From: Candidatus Limnocylindrales bacterium
GTDB lineage: Bacteria; Chloroflexota; Limnocylindria; Limnocylindrales; CSP1-4
Direction of reading: 5' to 3'
DNA: 64,000 nt
NCBI GenBank assembly: GCA_036504355.1
Contig: DASXVG010000141.1
Span: 5,650 to 69,649 of the forward strand
Shown: positions 28,245 to 38,251 of the stretch, in pieces
Position numbering within the stretch: position 1 is the stretch's first letter
How the letters are laid out: the number at the start of each line of letters is the position of its first letter
Program-made: the position numbers and the translations under genes
The notes under the pieces: generated by a model
Databases searched by the model: none
The model's input: only the letters and a program-made list of their open reading frames with translations
What the model was told of the DNA's origin: nothing

Positions 28245-28966
28245 GGCGCGATGGTACCCGCGGGTGGGTTGCGTTTCGAGGGCCGTGGGGCATCGACGAC
28301 CAGCAGGTGCGGCCCGGCGACCGGGCCACCCAGGAGCAGGGCCTGGGTTCCCAGGGGGCCGGCGCGACGCGCACCAAGGCGGACGCCCCGCTGGCGGGCC
28401 GCGGCCGACCACTCGGTGAGCCCCCCGGCGGGGCGGACGTACAACGCGCACGGTCCCTCGCCGTCCCGGGCAAGCGACGCCGCCAGCCGGCCCTCGGTGC
28501 TCGGCTGGAGGAGCACGAACGCCTCGCCGGGGAGGCTGCCCGCGGACCGGACGCGCGCGAACGCGCCGAGGTGCGGATCCGTCGTGTCGGGCGCCGGGCC
28601 GGCGGGTCCCGCGGTCGGGTCGCCCAGCCACATTCCCAGCTCGTCCTCGGCGCGGTCGAGCTCGACGGTCGACCATCCGATCCCGGCCAGGCGGACCGGG
28701 CGGACCGCGCCGTGATCGGCGTCCTCCGGGGCCGGCTCGCCGGTCGGGACCGGCTCCAGCATCAGGCGGCCGCCGGGCAGCGGGTCGTCCGACGGCGACT
28801 CCCGGACCCACGGCCGGAGCTCGAGCCACGCGGTACCGAGGTCGATGACGCGGGCGCCCGACGCGAGTCCCTCCGCGCGGGTCTCGATCCCCAGCCGATG
28901 CGCGAGCGCCACGGCAAACGGCCCCGGATCCGGCACCTGCCACGTGAGCCTGGCCCAGCGCGTCAT
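28241..28966 (-). CDS. Hypothetical protein, possible VOC/glyoxalase-like fold
   Basis: Coupled between two GNATs; repeated beta-alpha-beta pattern; GPCALYVRP. Confidence 0.6.
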   Translation of the reverse strand: MTRWARLTWQVPDPGPFAVALAHRLGIETRAEGLASGARVIDLGTAWLELRPWVRESPSDDPLPGGRLMLEPVPTGEPAPEDADHGAVRPVRLAGIGWSTVELDRAEDELGMWLGDPTAGPAGPAPDTTDPHLGAFARVRSAGSLPGEAFVLLQPSTEGRLAASLARDGEGPCALYVRPAGGLTEWSAAARQRGVRLGARRAGPLGTQALLLGGPVAGPHLLVVDAPRPSKRNPPAGTIAP

Positions 28967-29790
28967 CCGAGCAGCAGATCCGGCGACTCGCCGAGCGAGA
29001 CGAAGCCCAGCCGCTCGTAGACCTTGAGCGCCGGCTCGTTGCCGCTCCAGACGCCGAGGTACGCCCAGTCGGACGCGCCACCGGCGGCCGCGAGCGCATG
29101 ACGCGTCACGAGCGAGGCAAGACCCCGGCCTCGAAACGGTGCGCGGGTCCCGATCGACGACAGGTACGTGAACCCGTCGAAGGTCGTGGCCTTGGCGACC
29201 GCAGCCGGCTCCCCGTCGACGCGCGCGAGCGCCAGCAGGACCCGCTCGTCGTCGAGGGTCAGCCCGAGGTCGGCGGCAAGCTCCGGGCCGCGTGACGGCG
29301 GAGCGCCGAACGACGCTGCGAGCACGCTGCCGATGTCGTCGAGGTCGCCGTCGCGTGCGTCGGCGGCGGTCCGGATCGCGGACAGCGTCACGCCCGCGCC
29401 GAGCTCCGTCGGCCGAACCGCGGGCACCGACGCCGGGTCGGGCAGGACCATGACGTGCCCGCTGCCGACGTCGCCGAACCCGTTGGCCTGCAGCCGCGCG
29501 ACCAGGTCGGCGGGCTGGGAGTGGACCGGCGACGGCCACACGTGTGGCGTCCGCGACAGGAGCGCGAACAACGCGAGCGCCTCGGTGAGCCGGTGATCGA
29601 ACGCCGACTGCTCTGCCGGCCAACGGAGGCTGACCATCCGGTTCCAGAACGGCTCGGTGTCCCGCGGGTCGTACAACAGGTACGCGTCGCCCAGGTCGCG
29701 CACGTCCCGCCGCGGGATCGCGTGCGCGATCGTCTCGTGGCGCTCGAGGGCGCGCAGCGTCTCGTCGTCGATGGCCAGGTGGCGGGTCAC
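28963..29790 (-). CDS. GNAT family N-acetyltransferase (tandem GNAT fold)
   Basis: SIGTRAPFRGRGLAS, NEPALKVYERLGF. Confidence 0.88.
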   Translation of the reverse strand: MTRHLAIDDETLRALERHETIAHAIPRRDVRDLGDAYLLYDPRDTEPFWNRMVSLRWPAEQSAFDHRLTEALALFALLSRTPHVWPSPVHSQPADLVARLQANGFGDVGSGHVMVLPDPASVPAVRPTELGAGVTLSAIRTAADARDGDLDDIGSVLAASFGAPPSRGPELAADLGLTLDDERVLLALARVDGEPAAVAKATTFDGFTYLSSIGTRAPFRGRGLASLVTRHALAAAGGASDWAYLGVWSGNEPALKVYERLGFVSLGESPDLLLG

Positions 29791-29884
29791 GCGGCCAACT
29801 CTAGCCCGAGCACCGCGACCGGCCCGGCTGGCGAAACCCGAGTGGGAGGACCGTCCCCATCGGCGACCGGCCGTCCGCGACGCG

Positions 29885-30892
29885 TCAGCGGCGCGCGATG
29901 ATCGCCGTGGCGCCTGACGGCAGGTCGATCAGCTCGGGCGTCGAGATGCCCGCGGTCTCGAACCAGCCGAGCGCCTCGGTCCGGGACACGAGCCGCGTGC
30001 CCTGGACCAGCTCGTCGAGCTGGATGCCCGCGATCAGCTCGCCGTGACGGCTTCGCAGCTCGTCCGGGTCCGACGGGATGTACCAGTCGAGCGTCACGAG
30101 CCAGCCGCCCTCGGCGATCGCGGCCCACGCCGAGCGCAGCGCGGCCGGCGCGTCGGGCAGCTGGTGGAGCGCGTACTGGAAGTATCCCAGGTCGTACTCG
30201 CCCGGGTGCCCGACCGCCTCGACGGAGCCCTGCTCGATCGTGATTCGCTCGGAGAGCACGGCCGCGGCCACGTTGGCGCGCGCGCGAGCCACCGAATCGG
30301 GCTCGAACTCGACGCCGGTCAGTGTCGTTCCCGGGAACCGGCGCGCCATCGCGATGAGCCAGCGTCCGCCCCCGCAGTGGATGTCGAGGATCCGCGTCCC
30401 GGGCCTGAGGCTCACGACGAGCTCCGGGACCGAGGCGAGCACCTCCTGGAAGAACACCGCGATGTCCTGGACGGTGAGCCGCTCGATCGCCGCGCGGTAG
30501 CGGTCCGGGCGCTCGGTCACCGGCGTGCCCGACCGGAACACCTCGAGCAGGTGGGCATAGTCGAGGCTGCCGACGGCGGCATGGAGGAACTGCCCGCCGA
30601 GATACTCGGATCGGTCGGCCTCGAGGAGCACGATCGCGATGTCGTCCGGGATCGCGATCCGGCCGTCCCCGATCGTCACCAGGTCGTGCGCATCGGCGCC
30701 CCACGCCCAGTCGGACACGAGCCTGGGCTCCGTCCCCGTCCGGCCCGCGAGCTCGGCCGGCGTGAGCCCCTGTGGCCCGGAATCGCGCAACCGCTGGAGC
30801 AGGCCCAGCTCCAGCCCGACGAACACGTACCACGTCCGGTAGAAGCCCCCGAGGCTGGCGACCAGGTCGTCGAATCGGTCGTCTGTGCGCAT
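29885..30892 (-). CDS. Class I SAM-dependent methyltransferase with N-terminal winged helix
   Basis: LTPAELAGRTG helix-turn-helix; ILDIHCGGG; GVEF; ALHQLPD. Confidence 0.88.
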   Translation of the reverse strand: MRTDDRFDDLVASLGGFYRTWYVFVGLELGLLQRLRDSGPQGLTPAELAGRTGTEPRLVSDWAWGADAHDLVTIGDGRIAIPDDIAIVLLEADRSEYLGGQFLHAAVGSLDYAHLLEVFRSGTPVTERPDRYRAAIERLTVQDIAVFFQEVLASVPELVVSLRPGTRILDIHCGGGRWLIAMARRFPGTTLTGVEFEPDSVARARANVAAAVLSERITIEQGSVEAVGHPGEYDLGYFQYALHQLPDAPAALRSAWAAIAEGGWLVTLDWYIPSDPDELRSRHGELIAGIQLDELVQGTRLVSRTEALGWFETAGISTPELIDLPSGATAIIARR

Positions 30893-31004
30893 GGCCGGAT
30901 TGTGACACGCGCCGGACGGCGTCCGGGTGTCCGCGGGGAGGCGATAGGATCGCGATCGGGCGGCGGATGCAACCGGATCCCGCCGCACCGGGTTGTGGTA
31001 CCTG

Positions 31005-31583
31005 ATGGACGACACCGAGCTCACCGAACGCCTCGCGCGCGACCTCGACGAGTCGTTCGAGACGCTCGTCCGCGCGCATGTCGACCGCTGCTACGCGATC
31101 GCCCTGCGCGTCCTCGGGGACCCGCACGACGCCGAGGAGGTCGCCCAGGACGCCCTCGTCCGGGCCTATCGGGCGCTCGCCGGGTACGACGCCCAGCGAA
31201 TCCGCGAGCTGCGACTCCGCGCCTGGCTCGCCACGATCGTCGTGAACCTGTGCCGCAACCGCGTCCGGCGCCACCCGCTCCCGACGACGCCGCTCGGGCC
31301 GCTTGTCGAGGCCGGGCACGAGCCGTCCGCGGACGGGACCACAGACCCGGCCACCCTCGCGCTGGCCGGCGCCGACCGGGAGCGCCTGGCGGCGCTGCTG
31401 GCGACGCTCCCCGACCGCTACCGGATCCCCGTGGTCCTGCGTCACGTCGACGACCTGTCCTACGCCGAGCTCGCCGAGGTCCTCGGCAGGCCCGAGGGCA
31501 CGCTCAAGGCCCAGGTCTCCCGGGGGCTCGCGATGCTCCGCGCCGCACTCCCCGCACACGAGCTCGAGGAGCTGACCGCATGA
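31005..31583 (+). CDS. ECF RNA polymerase sigma factor
   Basis: DAEEVAQDAL, LRAWLATIVVNLCRN, LPDRYR, LSYAELAEVLGRPEGTLKAQVSRG. Confidence 0.93.
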   Translation: MDDTELTERLARDLDESFETLVRAHVDRCYAIALRVLGDPHDAEEVAQDALVRAYRALAGYDAQRIRELRLRAWLATIVVNLCRNRVRRHPLPTTPLGPLVEAGHEPSADGTTDPATLALAGADRERLAALLATLPDRYRIPVVLRHVDDLSYAELAEVLGRPEGTLKAQVSRGLAMLRAALPAHELEELTA

Positions 31584-32386
31584 CCCGGATCCGCCTCACC
31601 GATGACACTCCCGGCGGGCTCGCGCCCGCGCTGCTGGAGCCCGCCCCGGTCCACGTCGCGGAGCACGTCCTCGTCCAGACGGGCCTGGCCGACCGGATGG
31701 CGCCGATGGCGTCCCCGCTGGGCACGCTGTGGGTCGCCTGGAATGGCCGCGGGATCTCCGAGGTCGAGCTCGCCACCGACGGTCCCGAGGCCGCCGCGCG
31801 CCACGAGGCGCGCACCGGTCGCCGCACGACCCTGGCCGAGGCCCTGCCTGCTTCGCTCGCCGCCGCGATCGGCCGCCGGCTCGCCGGCGAGACCCGTGTG
31901 CGCATCCCGCTCGACCTTCGCGACCGCACGACATTCGAGGTCGCGGTCTGGACGAAGGCGCTCGAGATCCCGCGCGGCGAGGTGCGCCCGTACGGCTGGA
32001 TCGCGGCCGAGATCGGCCGGCCGAAGGCCGTCCGTGCCGTCGGCACGGCGCTGGGCCACAACCCGGTGCCGCTCATCGTCCCGTGCCATCGCGTCGTGCG
32101 GACGGACGGAACGATCGGGCAGTACAGCCTCGGCGGGCCGCGCAACAAGCGGACCATCCTCGCCGCCGAGGGCCTCGACCCCGACGGGCTCGAGGCCGCA
32201 GCCCGGCGCGGCGAGCGCCTGTCCGGGTCCACGACCACGAAGATCGTGTGCTGGCCGACGTGCCGCCACGCCCGTCGGGTCCAGGACCGCTACCGCGTCT
32301 CGTTCCGCTCGCTCCGCGAGGCCGGCGCGAAGGGGTATCGACCGTGCAAGGTCTGCCGGCCGACTGCGGTGGACGCCGCCGCCTGA
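31580..32386 (+). CDS. O6-alkylguanine-DNA alkyltransferase fused to a C-terminal Ada Zn-binding domain
   Basis: IPRGEVRPYG, RAVG, NPVPLIVPCHRVV; then STTTKIVCWPTC...GYRPCKVCRP. Confidence 0.92.
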   Translation: MTRIRLTDDTPGGLAPALLEPAPVHVAEHVLVQTGLADRMAPMASPLGTLWVAWNGRGISEVELATDGPEAAARHEARTGRRTTLAEALPASLAAAIGRRLAGETRVRIPLDLRDRTTFEVAVWTKALEIPRGEVRPYGWIAAEIGRPKAVRAVGTALGHNPVPLIVPCHRVVRTDGTIGQYSLGGPRNKRTILAAEGLDPDGLEAAARRGERLSGSTTTKIVCWPTCRHARRVQDRYRVSFRSLREAGAKGYRPCKVCRPTAVDAAA

Positions 32387-32510
32387 GCCTCGCAGGGCGC
32401 CGCCACGCCCGGCCGCAACCGGGCGGCAACTTGGCCTACCGGGCTAGCGCAAGTCGGCCGGCTCCCGCTACACTCCGCCAATTCCACCCCTCGCTGGAGC
32501 GTCCCCCGCG

Positions 32511-33485
32511 ATGAGCCGACCGCACGTCAATCCCCTGGCCATCTGGATCGGGATCCTCGTGCTGTGGGTCGTCTGGGGCTCCACGTACCTGGGCATGAAG
32601 CTCGCGATGGACAGCCTGCCGCCGTTCATCATGGGCGCGGCCCGGTTCGTTCCCGCGGGCGTCCTGCTCTCGGTCCTCGTCATCGCGTGGAACCGCGGCC
32701 GCGTGCCGATGCCCACGGGGCGCCAGCTGCTCGATGCCACGATCGTCGGCACGCTGCTGCTCGTCGGCGGGACCGGGCTCGTCGCCTGGGGCGAGCAGAC
32801 GATCGCGACGGGCATCGCGGCCCTGCTCATCGCCCTCGTGCCGATGTGGCTCGCGATCTTCGGGCGCGTCCTGTTCCGCGAGGCGGTCCCCGGCATCGTC
32901 GCCGCGGGGATCGTGGTCGGCCTCGTGGGCGTCGCGATCCTCGCCTGGCCTGCGGGCGGCGTCGGGGACCTCGACCCGGCGGGCCTCGCGGCGCTGCTCG
33001 TGTCCCCGATCCTGTGGTCGCTGGGCACGCTCTACGCCGCGCGACGCGCCGTCCTGCCCGCGCCCGCGCTGCTCGCGAGCGGCTTCGAGATGGTCGCCGC
33101 CGGCCTGGCGTTCGTCGTCCTCGCGTCGATCTCCGGGGAGTGGTCGGGCTTCGACGTCGCCGCCGTGACGGCCACGAGCTGGCTGGGGATCGGGTACCTC
33201 GTCGTCATCGGAAGCCTCGTCGGCTACACGACGTTCGCGTGGCTCATCCAGGTCGCGCCCCTGTCGCGCGTGTCCACGTATGCGTACGTGAACCCGGTGG
33301 TGGCAGTCGTCCTGGGCTCGCTGTTCCTCGCGGAGCCGTTCACCGCGCGGACGATCGTGGCGTCGATCGTGATCGTGGCGGCGGTCGTGCTCATCGTGAC
33401 GGGCCGCGGCCGTGCCGCCGGCTCGGCGGCTGGAGACCGGGAGCCGGTCGCGGTTCCCAGTCCCGCGGCAGCCCCGAGCCGCTGA
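32511..33485 (+). CDS. EamA/DMT family transporter
   Basis: WGSTY, about 10 TM, YAYVNPVVAV. Confidence 0.93.
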   Translation: MSRPHVNPLAIWIGILVLWVVWGSTYLGMKLAMDSLPPFIMGAARFVPAGVLLSVLVIAWNRGRVPMPTGRQLLDATIVGTLLLVGGTGLVAWGEQTIATGIAALLIALVPMWLAIFGRVLFREAVPGIVAAGIVVGLVGVAILAWPAGGVGDLDPAGLAALLVSPILWSLGTLYAARRAVLPAPALLASGFEMVAAGLAFVVLASISGEWSGFDVAAVTATSWLGIGYLVVIGSLVGYTTFAWLIQVAPLSRVSTYAYVNPVVAVVLGSLFLAEPFTARTIVASIVIVAAVVLIVTGRGRAAGSAAGDREPVAVPSPAAAPSR

Positions 33486-33492
33486 CCGCGGC

Positions 33493-35586
33493 TCAGCCCT
33501 CGGCCAGCACCGTGCGCGACACACGACGCGCCCATGCCATCGTCGTGACCATGGGGTTGACGCCGAGCGCGCTCGGGAACGCGGACGCGTCGCCGACGTA
33601 GAGCCCCCGCACGATCCGGTCGCTCCCCGCTCGTGCGTCCGCGGCGCGCACACGGCCGGCGGGGTCCGCCGTGTAGCCCGCCGGATCGCCACCCGCGCGA
33701 GCCGAGCCCATCTGGTGGGCCGAGACCACGGTCCCGCGGTTGGGCTCGAACGAGAACCCGCGCAGGCCTGCCTGCCACGCGTCGAACGCGCGCCCGTCGC
33801 CCGGCCCGCCCTCGGCGCGGAACCAGCGCGGCGGGGCACCGACCGCGACCATCTCGCGCGAGCCGCCCTCCCACGCGATCCGCGCCCCCTCCGCGAGCAT
33901 CGCGCCGAGCGTCTGGCGATCCTCGGGCGAGACGGTGTAGTCGATCCGAGGCCGCCCGGCCCGCGACAGGTGCACGCGTCCGGACCCCTTCTCGCGCACG
34001 ATGCCGATGATCGGCGCGACGTGCCGGATCCGGCGCATCAGGCCTTCGAAGGCGTCGCGACCCTCCCACGGGAAGACGAGCGCGATGAGCCCGGGCGTCC
34101 CCGGCGCCGACTCCACGATGAACCCGCCCGGGGCGTCGTTCGGTCCGTCGCCACGCCCGTCGCCACGCCCGTCGCCATTTATGTCGAGGTGGTGGAGCGC
34201 CCGAGCGGCCTGCATCGTGCCGCGCCACATCGCGACGTCCTCGTCGAGGAACGCCCCGATGACGCCCACCGGGTGCAGGCGCAGGTGGCGGCCCGTCGCG
34301 GGATGGTCGATGCCCGAGCGCTCGAGCACGATCGGCGTCCGCAGGGCGCCGGCCGCAAGGACGACCTGCGGCGCCCGCACGACGAGGCGCCAGGGCCGGC
34401 CTTCGACGGTCGTGACCGCCTCCACGCCGGTTGCCCGGTCGCCGTCAAGCAGCACCCGCGACACCGCCGCGTCCGGGACGATCCGCGCGCCGGCCCGCCA
34501 GGCCTGCGCGAGGTGGACCCGCAGTCCGGACTGCTTGGCGCCGCGCCGGCACCCGAACCCGCAACGCCCGCAATCGCCGCAGCCGACGCCGTTGCGCTGG
34601 ATCTCGCCGACCTCCTGGCGCAGCTCGGTGCAGCCGCGGAGGATCAGCGCGTCCTTGGGTGGCACGTTGTGCGGGGGCGACACGGCGATCTCGGCCATGA
34701 CCGTGGCGATGTCCGCGTCGAGCTCCGGGCCATCGAACCCGTCGAGGCCGTGCGCGGACATCCAGTGGCGGCGCGTGGACGCGGGCGGCGCGATGCAGGT
34801 CATCCAGTTCACGGTCGTGCCGCCGCCGACGCCGGCGCCGGCGAGCGTCATGATCGAGGCATCCCAGGACACGTTGAACCCGTGGTTCAGGTACAGCCGG
34901 TCGAACGCCGCTAGCTCGTCGACGGGCATCTCGGGCTCGGGAAGGAACGGCCCAGCCTCGAGGACCACCACCGATCGACCCGCACGCGCCGCCTCGGCGG
35001 CGATCACGCCGCCGCCCGCCCCCGAGCCGACGATCACGATGTCCGCATCGAGGACCAGCGCCTGGCCAGGCGGGGTCGTCGCGGCGACGCCCGCGAGGTC
35101 GGACGGCCGGATCGGCGTCGGGTCCGGGGTGACGGGCTCGGGCTCGTCGTCGTAGCCGATGGCCCGCAGCCTCGGGTTGTCGCCCGTCGCTCCGGGATCG
35201 GCATAGGCGAGGAACGCGAGCAGGCGCTTGAGCCCCTGGTACGCGGTCCGGCGCTGCGGGACCCGGGAGGTCGCCCACCTGAGCAGGTATGCCTCGCGGC
35301 CCGCCAGGTCGAGGTCGCGGAAGCGCGTGGGGCGGCCGATGAGCAGGAGGTTCGCGGCCCGTGACTCGAAGGCGCGGAGCACGAGCTTGAGCTGGAGGAC
35401 CTGGGCGGGGTCGGCCGCGAGGTCCAGCGCCGCCGCCGCCAGGCGCGCGCGCCGCTCCCCGTCGCCGGCCGAGATCGTCTCGGCGACGAGCGTGAGCGTC
35501 CGGAGCGCCGCCACGGACCAGCCGGTCGGGTCGGGCGTCGGCGGACCCACAGGTCGGACCGGTGCCGGGGGGAGGTCGGTGGTCAT
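33493..35586 (-). CDS. GMC family oxidoreductase (long-chain alcohol oxidase-like)
   Basis: IVGSGAGGG, GVGGGTTVNW, LAAGALRTP, SAHQMGSAR, GVNPMVT. Confidence 0.92.
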   Translation of the reverse strand: MTTDLPPAPVRPVGPPTPDPTGWSVAALRTLTLVAETISAGDGERRARLAAAALDLAADPAQVLQLKLVLRAFESRAANLLLIGRPTRFRDLDLAGREAYLLRWATSRVPQRRTAYQGLKRLLAFLAYADPGATGDNPRLRAIGYDDEPEPVTPDPTPIRPSDLAGVAATTPPGQALVLDADIVIVGSGAGGGVIAAEAARAGRSVVVLEAGPFLPEPEMPVDELAAFDRLYLNHGFNVSWDASIMTLAGAGVGGGTTVNWMTCIAPPASTRRHWMSAHGLDGFDGPELDADIATVMAEIAVSPPHNVPPKDALILRGCTELRQEVGEIQRNGVGCGDCGRCGFGCRRGAKQSGLRVHLAQAWRAGARIVPDAAVSRVLLDGDRATGVEAVTTVEGRPWRLVVRAPQVVLAAGALRTPIVLERSGIDHPATGRHLRLHPVGVIGAFLDEDVAMWRGTMQAARALHHLDINGDGRGDGRGDGPNDAPGGFIVESAPGTPGLIALVFPWEGRDAFEGLMRRIRHVAPIIGIVREKGSGRVHLSRAGRPRIDYTVSPEDRQTLGAMLAEGARIAWEGGSREMVAVGAPPRWFRAEGGPGDGRAFDAWQAGLRGFSFEPNRGTVVSAHQMGSARAGGDPAGYTADPAGRVRAADARAGSDRIVRGLYVGDASAFPSALGVNPMVTTMAWARRVSRTVLAEG

Positions 35587-35704
35587 CTGCGGGGGATGAT
35601 ATCGACACCCGCCCGCCACTTGTCCCGCTTCCGGTCGTCCCGGAGCATCCACCGGGGAGCGTCGGTCGGGCCTGCCAGCCCGGCGACGCGAAGGGAGGAA
35701 CGCG

Positions 35705-37705
35705 ATGGTGCATGCGTGGGACCCGGCGGCACGCGCTCCCGCCACCGGCGCCGCGCGACTGCCCGGGCCCTCCCTTCCGACCCCCGATCCGCGTCCGCTC
35801 GTTGACGCGACCCGCCCGGCCGCGCACGCGACGGAGCCCCACATCCCCCCGTCGGACTCGCCCGTCCTGTCGTTCCTGCGCCGTGTCCACGAGCGCCATC
35901 GCCTCGACGGCTCGGGTGCCGTGGCGAGCTACATTCCCGAGCTCGCCCTCGCGGACCCGACCGCGTTCGGGATCGTGGTGGCGACGGTCGACGGCGCGGT
36001 GTACGAGGTGGGGGACTCGCGCACGCCGTTCACGATCCAGTCGATGGCGAAGCCGCTGACCTATGCGTCGATCCTCGACCGGCTGGGTCCCGCGGCGGTC
36101 CGCGCTCGGATCGGCGTGGAGCCGACGGGCGATGCGTTCAACGCGATCTCGCTCGGCGCCGGGACGGGCATGCCACTCAACCCGATGGTGAACGCGGGCG
36201 CGATCACCGCGGTCGGGCTCATGCCCGAGCGTGCCGCCGGCGAGACCGCGGAGTCGCGGCTCGACGCCCTCGTCGCGGCGATCGGCCGGTTCGCCGGGCG
36301 GGAGCTCGGGCTCGACGAGGGGGTCTACGCGTCGGAGCGCGACACCGGCCACCGCAACCGCGCGATCGCACACCTGCTGCGAGGGACCGGGGCGATCGCG
36401 GACGACCCGGACGGCGTCGTGGACGCGTACTTCAGGGTGTGTGCCGTGTCGGTGACCGCGCGCGACCTGGCGCTCATCGCGGCGACCCTCGCCAACGGCG
36501 GCCGGCATCCGCTCACCGGCGAGCTCGCCGCGTCCGACGCGACGGTGCGCGACACGCTCTCGGTCATGGCGACCTGTGGCATGTACGACGGCGCCGGCGA
36601 GTGGATGTACGAGGTCGGCCTGCCCGCGAAGAGCGGCGTGTCGGGCGGGATCTTCGCGGTGCTCCCGGGGCAGCTCGGGATCGGCGTGTGGTCGCCACCG
36701 CTCGACGGGCGCGGGAACAGCGTCCGGGGTGTCGCCGTCTGCCGTGACCTCGCCCGCGAGCTCGACCTGCACCTGGTCCGGGGAGCGCGCCCGCCGTCGC
36801 CGGTCCGCACCCGGGCGAGCGTGGCCATCCTGCCCTCGAAGCGGTCGCGTGGCGCCCACGAGCGTGAACGGATCTCGAGCGACGGGGATCGCTCGCTCGT
36901 CATCGAGCTGCAGGGCAGCCTCGGGTTCGTCGCCGCGGAGACCCTCGCTCGAGAGGCCCTGCCGACCGAGGGCGCGGCCGATGCCGTGGTCGTCGACCTG
37001 CGTCGGGTGCACTCCATCGATCCGGCCGTGTCGAGCCTGCTCGCCGATCTCGTGGCCGCCCTCGGCGGTCGTGGCGCGGCCGTCGCGTGGAGCGGGACCG
37101 GTCCGCACGGCGAGGTGCTGTCGCTCGTCGACGAGGCGCTCACCGAGCGTCGGCTCGGGCCGCCACGCCGGTTCGTCGAGCTGGATCTCGCGCTCGAGTG
37201 GGCCGAGGACGTGGTGCTCAGCCGGTTCAAGGGTCCGCCGAAGGACGCGCGCCCAGCGCGGCTCCACGTCCCGCTCGAGGAGCATCCGGCGTTCGTGGGC
37301 CTGAGCGCGGCGGTCGTCGACTGCCTGAAGGCCGTGATGGACCGGCGCCAGTTCCGGGCCGGCGACACGCTCGTGCGTCACGGCCAGGCGGCCGACGAGC
37401 TGTTCGTCATCACGGGCGGCCGGCTGTCGGTGTGGGTGCCGGTCGGCGTCCAGGACACCCGCCGCCTGGCGACGCTCGAGGCCGGGCAGCTCGTGGGCGA
37501 GCTCGCATTCCTCGGTCGCGAGCGCCGGACCGCGGACGTCTCCTGCGACACCGAGGTCGAGGCCTGGGTGCTCACGACCGACGCTTTCGAGGAGCTGGCG
37601 CGCTCGGACCCTGCGACAACCACGGTGTTCCTGGCCACGCTGCTCCGGATCGTGTCCGGCATCGCCCGCCGCATGACCCTCGAGGTGGCGCACCTCGCGA
37701 GCTGA
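35705..37705 (+). CDS. glsA: Glutaminase fused to STAS and cNMP-binding domains
   Basis: QSMAKP (SxxK), PLNPMVNAGAI, CGMYD, PAKSGVSGG; STAS (VDLRRVHSID); cNMP domain (GELAFL...RTADV). Confidence 0.92.
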   Translation: MVHAWDPAARAPATGAARLPGPSLPTPDPRPLVDATRPAAHATEPHIPPSDSPVLSFLRRVHERHRLDGSGAVASYIPELALADPTAFGIVVATVDGAVYEVGDSRTPFTIQSMAKPLTYASILDRLGPAAVRARIGVEPTGDAFNAISLGAGTGMPLNPMVNAGAITAVGLMPERAAGETAESRLDALVAAIGRFAGRELGLDEGVYASERDTGHRNRAIAHLLRGTGAIADDPDGVVDAYFRVCAVSVTARDLALIAATLANGGRHPLTGELAASDATVRDTLSVMATCGMYDGAGEWMYEVGLPAKSGVSGGIFAVLPGQLGIGVWSPPLDGRGNSVRGVAVCRDLARELDLHLVRGARPPSPVRTRASVAILPSKRSRGAHERERISSDGDRSLVIELQGSLGFVAAETLAREALPTEGAADAVVVDLRRVHSIDPAVSSLLADLVAALGGRGAAVAWSGTGPHGEVLSLVDEALTERRLGPPRRFVELDLALEWAEDVVLSRFKGPPKDARPARLHVPLEEHPAFVGLSAAVVDCLKAVMDRRQFRAGDTLVRHGQAADELFVITGGRLSVWVPVGVQDTRRLATLEAGQLVGELAFLGRERRTADVSCDTEVEAWVLTTDAFEELARSDPATTTVFLATLLRIVSGIARRMTLEVAHLAS

Positions 37706-38251
37706 GCCAGGGCCCCTCGTGGTCCGCTCGCAGCTGGGCATCCGTGCGGACTGTTCGATCGACATCGAACTCGATCGCGCGGTTTGCGCGGTTCGCGCGG
37801 TTCGCCTGGAACCCCGCGCAGCCCCTCGCCGCCGCTGTGAGTCGGCTGTGCGTCGGCGATGCGTCAGCAGTGAGATCGCTGCGCAGCGCGCGACGACCGC
37901 TGGCTGGGCAGCGCAGGTAGGTCGTCCCATGCGTCGCGGGCGAACCGGCCGCGCACGGTGCGACTGTCCTGCGGTGGCCGTGTCGAGGCCTGCGCGGGCC
38001 CGGGAGCGTTCACGGCACGCGGCACGGCGAGACCGGGGCATAGCGAGACCGGGGCACGGCCACACGTGATGCCTCGTCCCCCGGTCGAGGGGACGTGTTC
38101 GATGGCCATCGAACCAACTGCGTTGACAGGCTCGTGCGCAGGGATGTCGACCACCGCACGCCAGGGCCGTTGTGCTTCCGCGCGCCCGGGGCTGGGGCTC
38201 TTCCGCGCGGCCGGCGCCGGGGCGCTCCTGCGCGCTCAGGCGCGGTGCGGG

